Shown here: one piece after another, positions 11,257 through 23,510 of the stretch
Layout of the letters: the number at the start of each line of letters is the position of its first letter
Position numbering within the stretch: position 1 is the first letter of the stretch
IMG/VR virus record: IMGVR_UViG_3300046665_000305
Coordinates: 62,001-119,575 of that record
Length of the DNA stretch: 57,575 nt
DNA from: an uncultured virus (IMG/VR IMGVR_UViG_3300046665_000305)
Lineage: Duplodnaviria; Heunggongvirae; Uroviricota; Caudoviricetes
Direction: 5' to 3' (one strand)
Made by a program: the position numbers and the translations under genes
Notes under the pieces: generated by a model
Seen by the model: only the letters and a program-made list of their open reading frames with translations
Told to the model about the DNA's origin: nothing
The model's database searches: none

Positions 11257-14200
11257 TATGCGGAACGAACTTCATATCAAATTTGGCGAAGAATTAAAAA
11301 TTCAAGCCTTCAGACTTCATTGTCTCGAAAATGGGATTAGTGACGGCGTGGTCTATGAAGATGGCGTTGCGTTCCCGATGAATGAGTATGCCAACTTTGG
11401 AAAGCATTATCCTGAAACTTTGAATGAGAATGTCAGGCTGATCGGGGCAATTATAAAGTTGCAATCCGCGAAACGGAAGAGGGAGATTAACAATGACCGA
11501 TCCAGAGATTGAACTTTTCAGGGCAAGGGTGAAGCGGAAAGACCTTCCTTCGTTTTATTGGCGCAGCCCGTTCGATTATAACATGACATTAAGGGTTGCG
11601 GGTATCAAAACGAATTACGTTGAGCCGGGAACGGTCGGCTCTGAGCCTGTCGCGGTGCTAAAAAATGGCACGGTAGTCTCGTTATACAATTCAGAACTGG
11701 CAGACTTTGTCGAGATTTCAATCAGTCCAGCGTTTTATTGATTGACAATGGAGTCGAACTTTCCTAACGTTGTTGTAAGGAAATATTAGAGGAGTTTGAA
11801 CCGGTGCCAATCAATAAAACATTTATCGTTGTGGCGGACTTTGATAGTCATTTTGAGGATATTGCAACGTTTGAGGATAATTTGGGCAATGTCAAACGTC
11901 TCAGGATGTACGTGGATCACCATAACATTGTTATCACTTATCAAGTGCTCTATAATAATGTCGTGGTGCATACCGGGTTGATTTACACCCTGTTTGAGGC
12001 TACGATTCTTTATAACGGCGCGAGGGAGAGGGGCTAAGATATGACTGATGTTCAAGTCTCACTCACGGAACGCGACGGCTCGGTTAAGAAAATAACTATG
12101 TCAGGCATGGCGTTTGAATCAGCTGGCTTCATTGAGTATGACGGGCTGTATTATGTCAGGAGTCATATCGATGACGTTCGGACGTACTACCGCGTCAGCG
12201 GTATCGCTATAATGACTGATGCATCTGGTGATACGGCTCAGTTCTATCGCCATCTAGGTTAATAGGAGGAAGTCATGGCAGTAATTTATAAGACTGGATC
12301 GAAGAAAATGCTCGCCCTAGGCGATCCGAGTTTCGGGATATGTGACTATGCCGTGCCGGGACTGCTTCAGAACAAGCATTTCAGCATCACTATTCCTATT
12401 CCTAATGAAGATGAAAATGCGCGTTCGAACAAGGTCATCATTGTTCGGCTCAGTATGGAAGAGGTTGACCGATTGATCTCGGCGAGGCAGAATCTTTCTC
12501 TGTATTTTTAATAGTCTTATCATAAATAGGAGAATTGATATGATTGAACACGACTTTGAACGACTCAGGAATGAATGGGCACTGAAAGCGGTTATTTCGA
12601 AAGAGACGGTTGATTATGAGTGTGAGGCAGATAGACTCGCAAATCCTCACAACGAGCCATATCACAACAAGCGGCCACGTAGGGAGCGAGCAGCAATCGT
12701 GAGCGACTGTTCCTACATATTTGCCGATGGCGTGCTGGTGAGGCAGTATGGCAGGACCTATGTGGATTGGCGCGATGTTAATTTCCAAGCCGATCCTTTT
12801 ATCCATGGTTTGTATCGGACAATTCGTCGTAGGTATCGTGACTAAGGCTTGACATTGATTCGAACCAGATGTAATAAAAAGTCATAATGTTTTCAAACTC
12901 ACTTAAGGGGAGATTGTCATGGCTAAGGGTTTTACGATTTACACCATCGAAACGGCTGACGGAACTGATTATGCCGCTACGCTGCGTGAGGCACGTGTCA
13001 TGGCCCGTAATACTTTGAAAGAAGTGGACTGGCTCGATGAAGTTGCCATTGATAGGTGCGTCACGGTCGATATGACTAGGGAGAACCTGATCGACATACT
13101 GAGGACTTGTGGTGGGTCGTGGTGCGCCAGTTCTGAAACTATCGAAACGGTTCGTAGGTAGAATAGTGATTACGAATCAGAAAGGGGAATATAATGATTG
13201 ACGTGATGTTTACCTTCGTTGACAGAGAAGATATCGGCAGGTTCATTGATGCGCGGGTCGCGGTTCTACCCCGTCAGGGGGATCGGGTAAAAATTGAAAG
13301 GATTATGGGTACGGTTGAGACTGTGACGCATGAAATTGGCTTTATTCACGTCATTGAAATTAATTTAGTTGACATAATTTATACCGAGATGTAATAAAAG
13401 ACCATCAAACGACGCCGCTTTCACTTAAGGAGATTTAAACAATGACCGCATCTAAAAAACATCTCGACGCCGTGTTTGACAATGTCAGTCATATGAATGA
13501 CGTGGTACGTCGTTTGGAACGCTTGGCTCACTCCTTTCATGTCACAGGCAATGACAAGGTTGCGGACCGGCTGTATAATATCTGTGACGAAATCGTGACA
13601 GCGGCATGTCGTGTCAGAGACAGTTTTAGTGAGTCGCAATCGGAGCAGCTTCGCGAAACTCAGGCCAATACCGGTGCCATTCTTTCCATGCTGCTTAACC
13701 CTGTAACAGGAGAAGAATGAAGATGGCTAATAATAGAGATTTCATTGATAAGCTCCTCAATTCAGATGACGACACGCAGTGGCGGGCCGGGAAGATGCTG
13801 GAAGAGAGTGACAAGCGGGCCGAAGCTGACAGAATGCTGAGACATAACATTTGGACCGCGCTTCGCGGCTTAAGCCCTCTCTTTGTCAATCTTCCTTTCG
13901 ACGCGGAGGAATGGGTCAGCCATATCGGCTTCACTAAGCAGAAAACGGCTAACATCTTTAAAGAAATCGATACCTATATCGATAAGGAAGAAGTCACGGC
14001 TGAAGATGTTATTAAACAGATAAAGCATTATCTCAAGATGATTCGGGGAGATAGGTGATTCTGTAATTGACGCCTAAATCATTTCGTGGCACATTGAATC
14101 ATCTTGAGATAATGATTTAGAGGAGGTTCTACATGTCCTATATCGTTGAAAAAGTCACACTAGATAATGGTATTGTGTATGTCGGGTCGTGGGCCGATAA

Positions 14201-14864
14201 GGGCATTGCCACTTCTTATGCGAAGCGTATCAAGGAAAATGATGACAACATTATCAAGACAATGATATGGAGCGCAAGGGGTCAGGCGTGGCGGAATGAG
14301 CGATTGAGGCGGGCCATGGCAGAATTGAAAGTGGCGACGGATAAAATTCTAAATATTGTAGGGGATGCAGATGCTAAAAATAGGTGAGAAGCACGTAAGA
14401 CGCTATACCGTCTATGTCGAAATCACCGACAGGATGAGCGATATAGGCGTTTCTGGTCCTTATCCGTGTCTCAGAACTGATGACGCCGCAACAGCGTTCG
14501 ATGAATGCGCGCTCCAAAATTGTAGTGCTTATGTCAAGGCATGGGTCAGAGATGAAGTAGAAGGGGTTAATTGGTAATGGAATGCAAATTCGTTATGGGG
14601 CAGAAGGTGGTTTGTGTCAAAGAATTTGAAATGGTTAATGATAGGACACCAGTTGTGAATAAAATTTATACCATAACTTCAATAAGATATGGTGTGGAGC
14701 CTCAAAATAAGAAAGAAATATTTCTAACTTTTGATGAAGTAGGTATTTATATCGGCGGCATTAAATCTGGCTATAGCTATAAATATTTCAAACCGCTTGA
14801 TGAAATTCGCGGCGAGATGTTTTCTAAGCTTTTAAATAATAAGAAGGTACATGAGAATGTATGA
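11249..14864 (+). other. run of ~14 small hypothetical genes (11249-11512, 11493-11741, 11804-12037, 12041-12262, 12275-12511, 12540-12845, 12919-13161, 13194-13394, 13442-13720, 13717-14058, 14133-14387, 14365-14577, 14577-14864)
   Basis: co-directional, tightly packed ORFs, most with SD motifs; no recognisable domains. Confidence 0.7.
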
Positions 14865-15258
14865 GCGGCGTGGCACATATAGTGTTGAACATATCACATC
14901 GTTGATCGACTATGACAATCCTGATAAAAAGGTTGTGTTGGATGGAGAATTGGTGAAAACCGGCAGTGACAGATATAAGCTTTTTGCCAAGAATCGGTGT
15001 TGTGTCACGTGCGGAACAGTGGGTCTTTATTACGCCATGGAGCGCACCGTAAAGCTTCGACCAGATGGGAGTATCACTCCTATGTCGCAAGGGTTTCACT
15101 TTAATCTTTACGGCAAGAATTTGGACGGCGAGGAAGTAATGATCACGAAGGATCATATCGTTCCTAAGTCTAAGGGCGGGGCTAATCATCCCAATAATTA
15201 TCAAACCATGTGCTTCACCTGTAACGTGGAGAAGGGGAACCGGCATGAAAACAGTTGA
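14851..15258 (+). CDS. HNH endonuclease-domain protein
   Basis: CVTCG...TKDHIVPKSKGGANHPNNYQTMCFTCN. Confidence 0.85.
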   Translation: MRMYERRGTYSVEHITSLIDYDNPDKKVVLDGELVKTGSDRYKLFAKNRCCVTCGTVGLYYAMERTVKLRPDGSITPMSQGFHFNLYGKNLDGEEVMITKDHIVPKSKGGANHPNNYQTMCFTCNVEKGNRHENS

Positions 15259-18134
15259 CGAGATCGGTAAAGAATTTGACGAAGTGTTTGTTCCCAAAAT
15301 GAATGCCTTGTTAGGTCGTGACATGTTGAAACAGCTTGAGTTGTGTTGCGGGCCAGAAGATGCTGCTGTCATTTTTGGACGATATAGAGCGTGTTACATC
15401 GGTGGCTTTCTAGCTGGTCATAAAGAAATTTATGACACGCTGTTAAAGTGATTGATATGTTGATGGTGGAGGTGCTGTAATGGCATATGGTAGGGCTAGA
15501 CGTGATTTTGAATATCTCGAAACTATCTGCGAACTAGATGATTGGGTCGAGATTGATGGTCAGGTTCGAGATTTGATGGAAAAACCTACGAAAGAGAATG
15601 CCGAGGACATGTATTTGTCTTGTATTTCGTTATGGTTCGGTGAGGCTGATTTGGACAAGCGGGAACTATCAAGACGGGCCAAAGCTATTCGTGACAGGTA
15701 TGGATATTAACTTTTCAAATTTAATTTGAGGAAGTTATTGACCTTGTTGCGATTCTGATGTAAGAATATATTTATCAACAAAGGAGATCACAATGAACAT
15801 CGAATTCGTCCTACTCGCTTCCGGCAGTTCTGTTACGCCTCGCATCGCTCACGCCATCTTCGAAAAAACTGAAGCCATGGCGAAGGAAGAAGCGGTTCGC
15901 GTCGTTAAGCAGCTAAGTATGGCGGGGTATTTCATGTTCGACCTGTTCAACGTTTCTCAAGAGGTTCATGTCAGAGTCGAATCTTATCGGGTCGAAACTG
16001 CTGAACCTACGGTCAAAGTTATTTAAATTTTAAAGGAGAATTAAAATGACATTTCTCACTGTTACGGAACAGAAGGCGCGATATGGCGAACTTGCACATG
16101 ATTTGGGTAAGATGCTGGATAAATTTGATGCGAGTCATTGGGCCGCGCTAGAGGCGAGAAAGAAGCTTATCAATTTTCTCGAAATCTATCTCAGGCCTTC
16201 GCCGTTCCATGTCGGGATGATGAATATTCCTCTACTCAATGGTGAGCGCGTCACTTTCGTCAAGGTGCATCACGAAGGCACGACGTATGAGTCGATGGAA
16301 GACGAGCAGGGCGTGAATCGCTATACAACTAGGGACTTTGGCCGCGTCACTGGCACGAACCGAGGCGACGTGACGCGTAACGTTGATCTTTCACGTGTCT
16401 CACTAGCTGGTTATCACAAGCCTATTTGGTGGAACGAATATCTTGCTGATTCTGTACCGGCGAAGGAGGAAGTTTGATGTTCACAGCTGATATGGCCCGC
16501 AAGGGTAATGACGACGATCTTGATGAGCGAATCGCTTACGCGGTCAAGAACTTTCGCCAAGGCAATGGTGCTTATATGAGAATCTATCACGATGACAGTT
16601 TTAGACACAATATCGTGTCAGAGCTTATGAAGCGAGGATTTAAAAACATCGATGCGCCTAGCTTAGTGCTAAAGACTGATGTTTATTTTGAATGGTAAGG
16701 AGAAGTGATATGCTTAATCAGTCGGTCCAAACTTTCTATGCCACGCACTATTTTGCTAACCTGAAACGACACGCAAATTTTTATTTCATGTCGAATATCA
16801 ATGAAGCAGGGACTGGATATAGGATTCACATCTTTGCGGATCATGTCGCCAGTGTTGATATCTATGATTCAACTGAGCCACTAGCCGATCTTGAAAAGCA
16901 TTTCGAGGCGTGGAAAGATGCAGTGATAAGGTTATTTAGCTGATTTCCGCTTGACTTCATTTCGAGTCGGATGTAAGAATATGTCTAACGAAACATTGAT
17001 GAAGGAGCACCAACGCCATGAAACACACTGTTGCAGAACTCGTTACGATCTTTGAGACTTCTAAGGATCGCTGGCCCGTAGATGAATGGACGGTGGAAAA
17101 GGCACGTGCAAAAATCTTTGCCGGGATGAAGATGATCGAGGTGAGTGACAAAGCTCTGGAACACTGCGCCGTCAAAGCGGTTCACGTCATGGATATGACG
17201 ATGGATGAAATTGAAATGCTGAATAACTGGTGCAACTGCCAGAGCACAGACCTTTGGGAAGGGTTGACGTTGCAGGAAATCCTCAACGTGTATCGCGCCT
17301 CGGCGGAATGGGACACGTGGGAGGGTTGGGCCGAGGAGGACTGAGACGCTGCGTATGACGCGTGGGACCGTGCCGTAATTGATCCGGGTAATGAGATGCA
17401 ACGTTAGTGCTCTTGCTAGCAAGAACAACAACAGGAGTCGTTAAAGATGTTCAAAATAATTCGCGGTAAAAAGTCGGGTACTTTCATAGTAATGGAGCGT
17501 GTGCTATGGTTGTTTTGGGCCGTGGTGATGGAGCAGGATCGTTACGGAACGGAGATGGCGCGGCGGTTCAAAAACTTCGATGCGGCGCGGACCTACGTGT
17601 TACAAAGGGAGGAATATTCATGCTGAATCGATATAAAATTTGCAGAACGATGTACGGTAATATCTTTGTTATGAAGCGGAAATTCCTGTTCTGGAAACAG
17701 GTCATGAATTATGACAATACTCCGCTCTATTTCGCGACCAAGGAATTTGCAGAGAGATGGATCGAAACGGATAAAATTCTGTCTCAACTACCACGGATGG
17801 AGGAGATTCCTCAATGATCATCATAGATTTGAATGAGGTAGAGGAAGATAAGAGAGTCCTCTATATCGGCTCTAAGTTGCTCGACATGGAGCTTTACGTT
17901 ACGGGCTGCATCATTGATCGGGGTGAAAAAATTAAACTAATAACATATAATGATTATCTAGACAGGACTGAAATTATTGCTTTGATGACAATTGTCTTGC
18001 TTCACGGTGGGGAGCGCTTCACGTTCGATAGTATCGAGGTAGGCGTTGAAGAACGTTGGGACCGGGGCAGAGATGGCACGCCTGACATGTATCTCGTTAA
18101 ACGGCTGGCCGGGGTGTTTAAAGTAGAATCTTAA
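15245..18134 (+). other. run of small hypothetical genes (15245-15451, 15480-15710, 15793-16026, 16046-16477, 16477-16698, 16692-16943, 17018-17344, 17447-17626, 17620-17817, 17814-18134)
   Basis: co-directional ORFs with SD motifs; promoters at 15738 and 16951. Confidence 0.7.
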
Positions 18135-18706
18135 GCGGCACTGTTAAACACAAAATAATCACCGTCAGACTTCTTTACCAAATTAGTTAAATCTTTTGGT
18201 ATGCTAGTCTTTTTAAATATGACGTTTTTAAATCTTGCATGATCCAGCTTTAAGGCGTAAGTCTTGTCGCAGTGGAGGAATGAGACATTGACAAGATTGG
18301 TATGTCTTAGATCGAGAATGTCTATGTCACAATTGAGAAAAATCACGTCTTGAAGAGTGCTGCCGTGGAACGAAACGTCGTTTAGATTACAATTATTATA
18401 AATTGTATCTCGGTATTTTTTGTCGGTCTTTTTCATCCGGGTCAAATCTTCACCGTCATAGGTGATATATTTCTTACTATCAGATAGGAGAGGGGCAATG
18501 TCCCACTTGGCATAGAAGTGAGACAAACACTGTTTAACGGAATAAAGATCATCTCCGGGGCTCAGGAGGCGCAAGTGCCGCATCGTGACAATGATATCGC
18601 AATCATCGATGTACGCGCCACGGCTCGTTATATTGAACGGGATGACGACTTGACTCGTCTTAAGGTACTCATTGCCACACAGGACTTGATATCTGTCTTC
18701 ATTCAT
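18131..18706 (-). CDS. pentapeptide-repeat protein
   Basis: C-terminal NCNLN/DVSFH/GSTLQ/DVIFL... 5-residue periodicity. Confidence 0.7.
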   Translation of the reverse strand: MNEDRYQVLCGNEYLKTSQVVIPFNITSRGAYIDDCDIIVTMRHLRLLSPGDDLYSVKQCLSHFYAKWDIAPLLSDSKKYITYDGEDLTRMKKTDKKYRDTIYNNCNLNDVSFHGSTLQDVIFLNCDIDILDLRHTNLVNVSFLHCDKTYALKLDHARFKNVIFKKTSIPKDLTNLVKKSDGDYFVFNSAA

Positions 18707-19619
18707 AATAGCTAATTCTTCTCTTCTCTAATTTTTCGCAATGCATGGCCAGAACTTCTCGGCGCAGCATCTTAGACACAATAGCGAGCCGAAGGTCAAG
18801 GACTTCTGTCACTAGGGCGGGGAACTTTGTGAACCTGATCATCGCGCCGTCAAAGGTGTTACGGCCTTCGAAGTCAGTATCGACCAGTTCGACACCATCA
18901 AAATACGTTTTGTTGAAGTCGCAATTATTGATGACGCAGCGAATAAATTTTGCCTTAGTCATGCTCTTGCCGGAAAAGTCAACATCGTTGAATTCGCACT
19001 CGATAAAAATTTCACCATCAAGCACGTCTTCGAAATAAGACTCTTCATCATAGGTGACATGTTTGTGGACCCACTCAGCCATTCTATCTTGTTTGTTAAA
19101 CATGACGCGGCAACTGGTGGAACAAAATTGGGCCGTGGCGCGGCTAGCGCCAAACTCGTCTCCGCAATAATTGCACATCTTATTATGATTAATTGTTTTA
19201 GCCGCATCTTCGGCAATAGGCAGATTTTTAATTCTTCTATGTTCGGCGGCGCAGTTCGGGCCGCAATAAATTTGCCTACCGTGATGCTTGATGAAGTTGG
19301 GAGTGTCGCATAACGGATTGAGACAGGTAGCGTTGCGCTCCGTGTCGGTCATGCCATACTTTTCGTTATAATTGTGACGATTGGCATGATCGGCGCAGCA
19401 AAATAATTTAGGCCTACCCTGTACCACTTTGGTAGAATAAGTGATAATCTCTTCACAATTTGGAAGGAGACACTTTTTCTGAGACGCGGGACGGAACCTG
19501 TACCGCTTCAATCTCATGTGACATTTAGGGCTACAAGTTTGTTTCTCGGCCTTGGAGGCGAGGAATGTTTTACCGCAATCCGGCGCTTTACATTGTAATT
19601 CGTGTTTAATATTGGTCAC
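18699..19619 (-). CDS. multi-zinc-finger protein with C-terminal pentapeptide repeats
   Basis: four CxxC...CxxxC/H modules followed by ECEFN/DVDFS/GKSMT/KAKFI repeats. Confidence 0.75.
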   Translation of the reverse strand: MTNIKHELQCKAPDCGKTFLASKAEKQTCSPKCHMRLKRYRFRPASQKKCLLPNCEEIITYSTKVVQGRPKLFCCADHANRHNYNEKYGMTDTERNATCLNPLCDTPNFIKHHGRQIYCGPNCAAEHRRIKNLPIAEDAAKTINHNKMCNYCGDEFGASRATAQFCSTSCRVMFNKQDRMAEWVHKHVTYDEESYFEDVLDGEIFIECEFNDVDFSGKSMTKAKFIRCVINNCDFNKTYFDGVELVDTDFEGRNTFDGAMIRFTKFPALVTEVLDLRLAIVSKMLRREVLAMHCEKLEKRRISYYE

Positions 19620-19714
19620 TAATATTTACTCTTATTTGACGACTTAAAAACGGATTATAGCATAACGAAATCGTTTTGTCAAGTCCTAGAGTTTACGTTA
19701 GAGGGGTTTTTTCG

Positions 19715-20001
19715 ACCTTCAAAACTTCTTAGGAAACTGTTGTTGTTTACTCCTATCTATTTTAAATTAGTGAAAGATTTCAATGGCTTAATTTTTAAAC
19801 CTCCGCTCTAATTCCAGTTATATGTTAAAATGATGATTAGGATTTGTTACGATTTCTGAAAAGCTGAGAGACGATTTTTTGGACTTTTTAACAGTTATAT
19901 GGAATTTGAGAGAGGGATATTTTATTATATTATTGATTTTATTAACTAATATAGAATAGATAGGAGTAAACAGTAACGATTTGCTAAGAGTTTTCGAAGG
20001 T
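19715..20001. repeat. ~57-bp imperfect inverted repeat (arms 19715-19771 and 19945-20001)
   Basis: core TGTTTACTCCTATCTATT / AATAGATAGGAGTAAACA, with matching flanks. Confidence 0.9.
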
Positions 20002-20125
20002 ATTTTTAAGCTTTTTTGAAAATATTAAATCTGAATTCTATTTACGGAACAGGGGTTTCGATACGTCTGTCCCCAAAAACCGAGCGAGCCAGAAACCGCG
20101 TCACGTCAGCAGTATCAAAAGGCCT

Positions 20126-20249
20126 ATCAACCAATATCTAAAATCCACCAGCCTAATTTCTCCCATCGAGAACTTTGATGTCAAGGACATTTAACATCAA
20201 CCAATATCTAATGTCTGCCAGCCTAAAATCCACCAGCCTAATTTCTCCC
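20126..20249 (+). repeat. direct repeats ATCAACCAATATCTA and AAATCCACCAGCCTAATTTCTCCC (2 copies each)
   Basis: read directly in the sequence. Confidence 0.85.
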
Positions 20250-20344
20250 CCGTAGGGGGTTACAAACGGCTTGCATTATTTTATGACATCTGGTATAACT
20301 CGGCCAACTTAGAAAAATCAGAATCACTTAAGGAGGCACGTGCC

Positions 20345-20560
20345 ATGAACGGCAAGCATAAGAGGAAAGAGCCTTGGCAAGACATGGTGATCCGAGAAGC
20401 GGTTCATGGCGTTATGACAGAGGTGACGGCTGAGAGCCTTTATGCCATGTTGGTCGCGGGCGAAAGGGTGTTCAAACAAGGTATCGGAATTGGTTGGCAC
20501 CATGCCATGACGCAGGTTGTGAAGTCCATGGAAGAATTTAAAGAGGGAAAAGATAAATGA
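20345..20560 (+). CDS. hypothetical phage protein
   Basis: TTGCAT-TATAAC promoter and AAGGAGG RBS. Confidence 0.7.
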   Translation: MNGKHKRKEPWQDMVIREAVHGVMTEVTAESLYAMLVAGERVFKQGIGIGWHHAMTQVVKSMEEFKEGKDK

Positions 20561-20910
20561 CTATGACGCAGGAAGAAATTGTCGAAGGTGTTTATGTCCA
20601 TTGGGTCGCGGAGCGCTACATGGGTGGATGGGATATTTACGGTAAGATCGTGAATATTGCTTCGTCCATAGATCAGGGTGGCAGAGGTGTGATCAAAGTT
20701 ACTATTTTAGGCTTTGATAATCTACTGAAGACTCCAGTAAGTCTCCATACCGTGATGGAGGAATGCACCTTATCTACTATTACCGAAGCCAAGCGATATC
20801 TGGCTGGCGTGGTTCTACGTAAGGAAAAGAAACTGCTTGACCTTCGCCACGAAGTAAGTAAATTAGAAGACGATATCACGGAATGGAAAACGAAGGCTAT
20901 AACGCTTTAG
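20557..20910 (+). CDS. hypothetical phage protein
   Basis: ORF overlapping the upstream stop codon. Confidence 0.65.
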   Translation: MTMTQEEIVEGVYVHWVAERYMGGWDIYGKIVNIASSIDQGGRGVIKVTILGFDNLLKTPVSLHTVMEECTLSTITEAKRYLAGVVLRKEKKLLDLRHEVSKLEDDITEWKTKAITL

Positions 20911-20919
20911 GAGGTTTAA

Positions 20920-21135
20920 GTGAGCGAATTAGAATGTGACCCAAGAGTGGAGTCTCTTTTCTTCTCAGTGCAAGACCCTGAAGCGTCTATTCCTAATTGT
21001 CCCGCCGTAACAACTTTACTGATCAAAGTGTGTGGCAGTGATCAGGACAAATTTGCAGAGGCTTGCAGATTGGTTAATCTGTTTATGGTAGCGGCTTATA
21101 AGCGTGCCGAATGGGAATTTAGTGGAGGATTTTGA
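20920..21135 (+). CDS. hypothetical phage protein
   Basis: AGGAGG RBS, GTG start. Confidence 0.6.
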   Translation: MSELECDPRVESLFFSVQDPEASIPNCPAVTTLLIKVCGSDQDKFAEACRLVNLFMVAAYKRAEWEFSGGF

Positions 21136-21999
21136 ATTGAAGATTGTTGTTTTACTTACCAGCGCTGCATTGATCCTCACCGGATGTACTGATGGTATTC
21201 CTGAATACAGAAAGGAGATTTTCAGTGATAGTTTATCTCACCCTCATTTGGCTCGTTAATGGTCAGATCGATCCTCACCACTCCGCTTCCCTGTCTCAAT
21301 TCGAAACCATGACAGAGTGCTTGGATTTCGCTGAAGGTTACGCCAGAGATAATAACAAAACCATCGGCGTCGATCTAGATTATATCTGCGATCCATACAT
21401 ATCAAAATCTAAGGATTAAAATGTTTAAATACCTTTCAATGATTTTTCTTTTCGCCACTTGGGCCTTGGTATGCTCTCTGGCAAGCCAAATCCAAATAAT
21501 CAAGGCTGAAGTAGAACACCACGCACATATTTTGGACGAAATCAATAAAAAACTTGACAAATGAAAAAAGCTATGATATCATGGCCTTTAAATTATGAAG
21601 TATGCACTTAAAAATCTCGTCCATCTAAGTGATGCGGCGGTCTCCGAACAGTCGGTGTGGATCAGGGATTAGAAGTATGAACGAAGAAATTGGAACTATA
21701 ACTGGCCGAATTACGAACTTAGAACCAGAAATGCAAGAACTATACCCAAGAAAAAGATTAACTAGCGAAATAGAAATTTTAAACTTAGACCTATCAAATC
21801 TCGAACTAAGAATTATGGCATGGCTTAACCTAAAAAGTAAAGAACGTGAACGCGAAATGATGAATTATTTTACGGAATTTTATGAAGTATAAAAGATCGG
21901 CAAGTAACATCGGCAATAATCCTGATCCAAACTCCTTAACTCGTTGAGACCATTAGTGTTTCCGAGATAATTGGATCGGCAAAGTAGGAAGTAGAAAGT

Positions 22000-22464
22000 A
22001 TGAACTGGCTAAGTGAGAACGAAAAACGAGACGTATTGAAGTATCAAAACGAATTAATTAGGGAAATAGAACAACTAAATAGTGTAAACTTTGCATTAAG
22101 AAGTGAAAACGATCAGCTTTACAAAATAATAAATGAATTAAATAGTGACGTAGTGAAAGCTAATAAAAGAATTAGTGAATTAGAAGATGAACAAAAGACT
22201 GAACGTGCTAAGATATTAAACGAGCATTATCGAGATAAAGAAAAACTATACTCCAAACTTTTGCATTATGAAGATAGAGATAAAATTATTAACGGCGTCA
22301 TGGAATTGGTTGATCAGGCTATCGGGGCTCAGCGTTTTGAGTGGACCATTGCTGAGAATCAAATGGCTTTAGTGCCAACCAGTGATGTGTGGACCGACGA
22401 ACTACTAAACAAGATCGATGACCTTTTCGAGCCTTACACCAATGGCTATAGGAACTACAACTGA
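22000..22464 (+). CDS. coiled-coil hypothetical protein
   Basis: heptad-rich N-terminal half. Confidence 0.65.
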   Translation: MNWLSENEKRDVLKYQNELIREIEQLNSVNFALRSENDQLYKIINELNSDVVKANKRISELEDEQKTERAKILNEHYRDKEKLYSKLLHYEDRDKIINGVMELVDQAIGAQRFEWTIAENQMALVPTSDVWTDELLNKIDDLFEPYTNGYRNYN

Positions 22465-22676
22465 TGGCTAGGTCGTCTTATATTTATATGATTCGCCGTC
22501 GTGAACATGGCCTCATAACTTATGGTGCATTCACGGTTAAACACGAAGCCATTTCATATTGGGAAGATCATTTGGATAGCGACCCTGCTTATTGCTTGGT
22601 CCGCACCACGGATGGTCCCGTTTATGATGATGGCAATTATTCCTTCAAAGAATCCCATGTGGATTGGCCTAAATGA
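22464..22676 (+). CDS. hypothetical phage protein
   Basis: TGATG coupling with the upstream ORF. Confidence 0.6.
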   Translation: MARSSYIYMIRRREHGLITYGAFTVKHEAISYWEDHLDSDPAYCLVRTTDGPVYDDGNYSFKESHVDWPK

Positions 22677-22805
22677 ACTACGACGAAGAAATTGAAAATT
22701 TAGAAAATAAAATTCGCATCGATAGAAACAATCTCGATACACTCAAGCAGTGTGTCGAAACTCTTTTCCTAAAAGTTGAATATTTAGAAAAATTAATTTT
22801 AGCCA

Positions 22806-23510
22806 ATGGCAGCAAAGAAAATAAAAAGAGAAGTCGATCAGTATCTAAACCTTTATCCGAAGGTTGATAAAAAGCTACTTAAGCAAAAGTTTAAGTATGA
22901 TGAAGATACTGGCCGCGTCTATCGCCTCTTCCGAGATTCATGGAGGGTGACGAAGCGTGTCAACATGCATTACAACAGCAGATACGTTTGCCAATTCCAA
23001 AAAGAACTTATGGAAGTTCAGAATATTGCTTGGCTGTTGATTTATGGTGATTGGCCTAAAGAACCTATAGCTGCCGTAGATGGAAACCTAATGAACACGC
23101 ACAAGGACAATCTAGTCCTCAAGTCTTCATTACAGCCACAACTCGGTAATTATCTGATCAAGCCTTATACCGATGGCGTCTACCAAGTCAAGGTATGGCA
23201 TCACCCCTATTTCTATCGCGGCAGTAGCTTCAAGAAAAAGCTCTCCGCTGAGAAGTGGGCCAGAGACCAACTCAAACAATATAATCTTTATGCCAGCGCT
23301 ACGCAAGCCGCAGCTGAAACAAATAGTAAAGATGATGTTAAAGAGACTCCTGTTCTAGGCGTCTACTATCACAAACCACGTAACTTGTACATGGTTAAAG
23401 TAAGATTAAAAGATAAATTCACTCATTACAGTTATGAGAAGAATATTGAAGACGCCATTGAAGCTCAATTGCGTGGTCAGAAAGAAGTTGACGAGATATG
23501 GCAGGAATAA
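22806..23510 (+). CDS. degenerate HNH-like protein with AP2-like DNA-binding segments
   Basis: FKYDEDTG, AWLLIYGDWP...DGN..N..DNL and GVYYHK...YMVKVR motifs; catalytic His residues absent. Confidence 0.65.
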   Translation: MAAKKIKREVDQYLNLYPKVDKKLLKQKFKYDEDTGRVYRLFRDSWRVTKRVNMHYNSRYVCQFQKELMEVQNIAWLLIYGDWPKEPIAAVDGNLMNTHKDNLVLKSSLQPQLGNYLIKPYTDGVYQVKVWHHPYFYRGSSFKKKLSAEKWARDQLKQYNLYASATQAAAETNSKDDVKETPVLGVYYHKPRNLYMVKVRLKDKFTHYSYEKNIEDAIEAQLRGQKEVDEIWQE

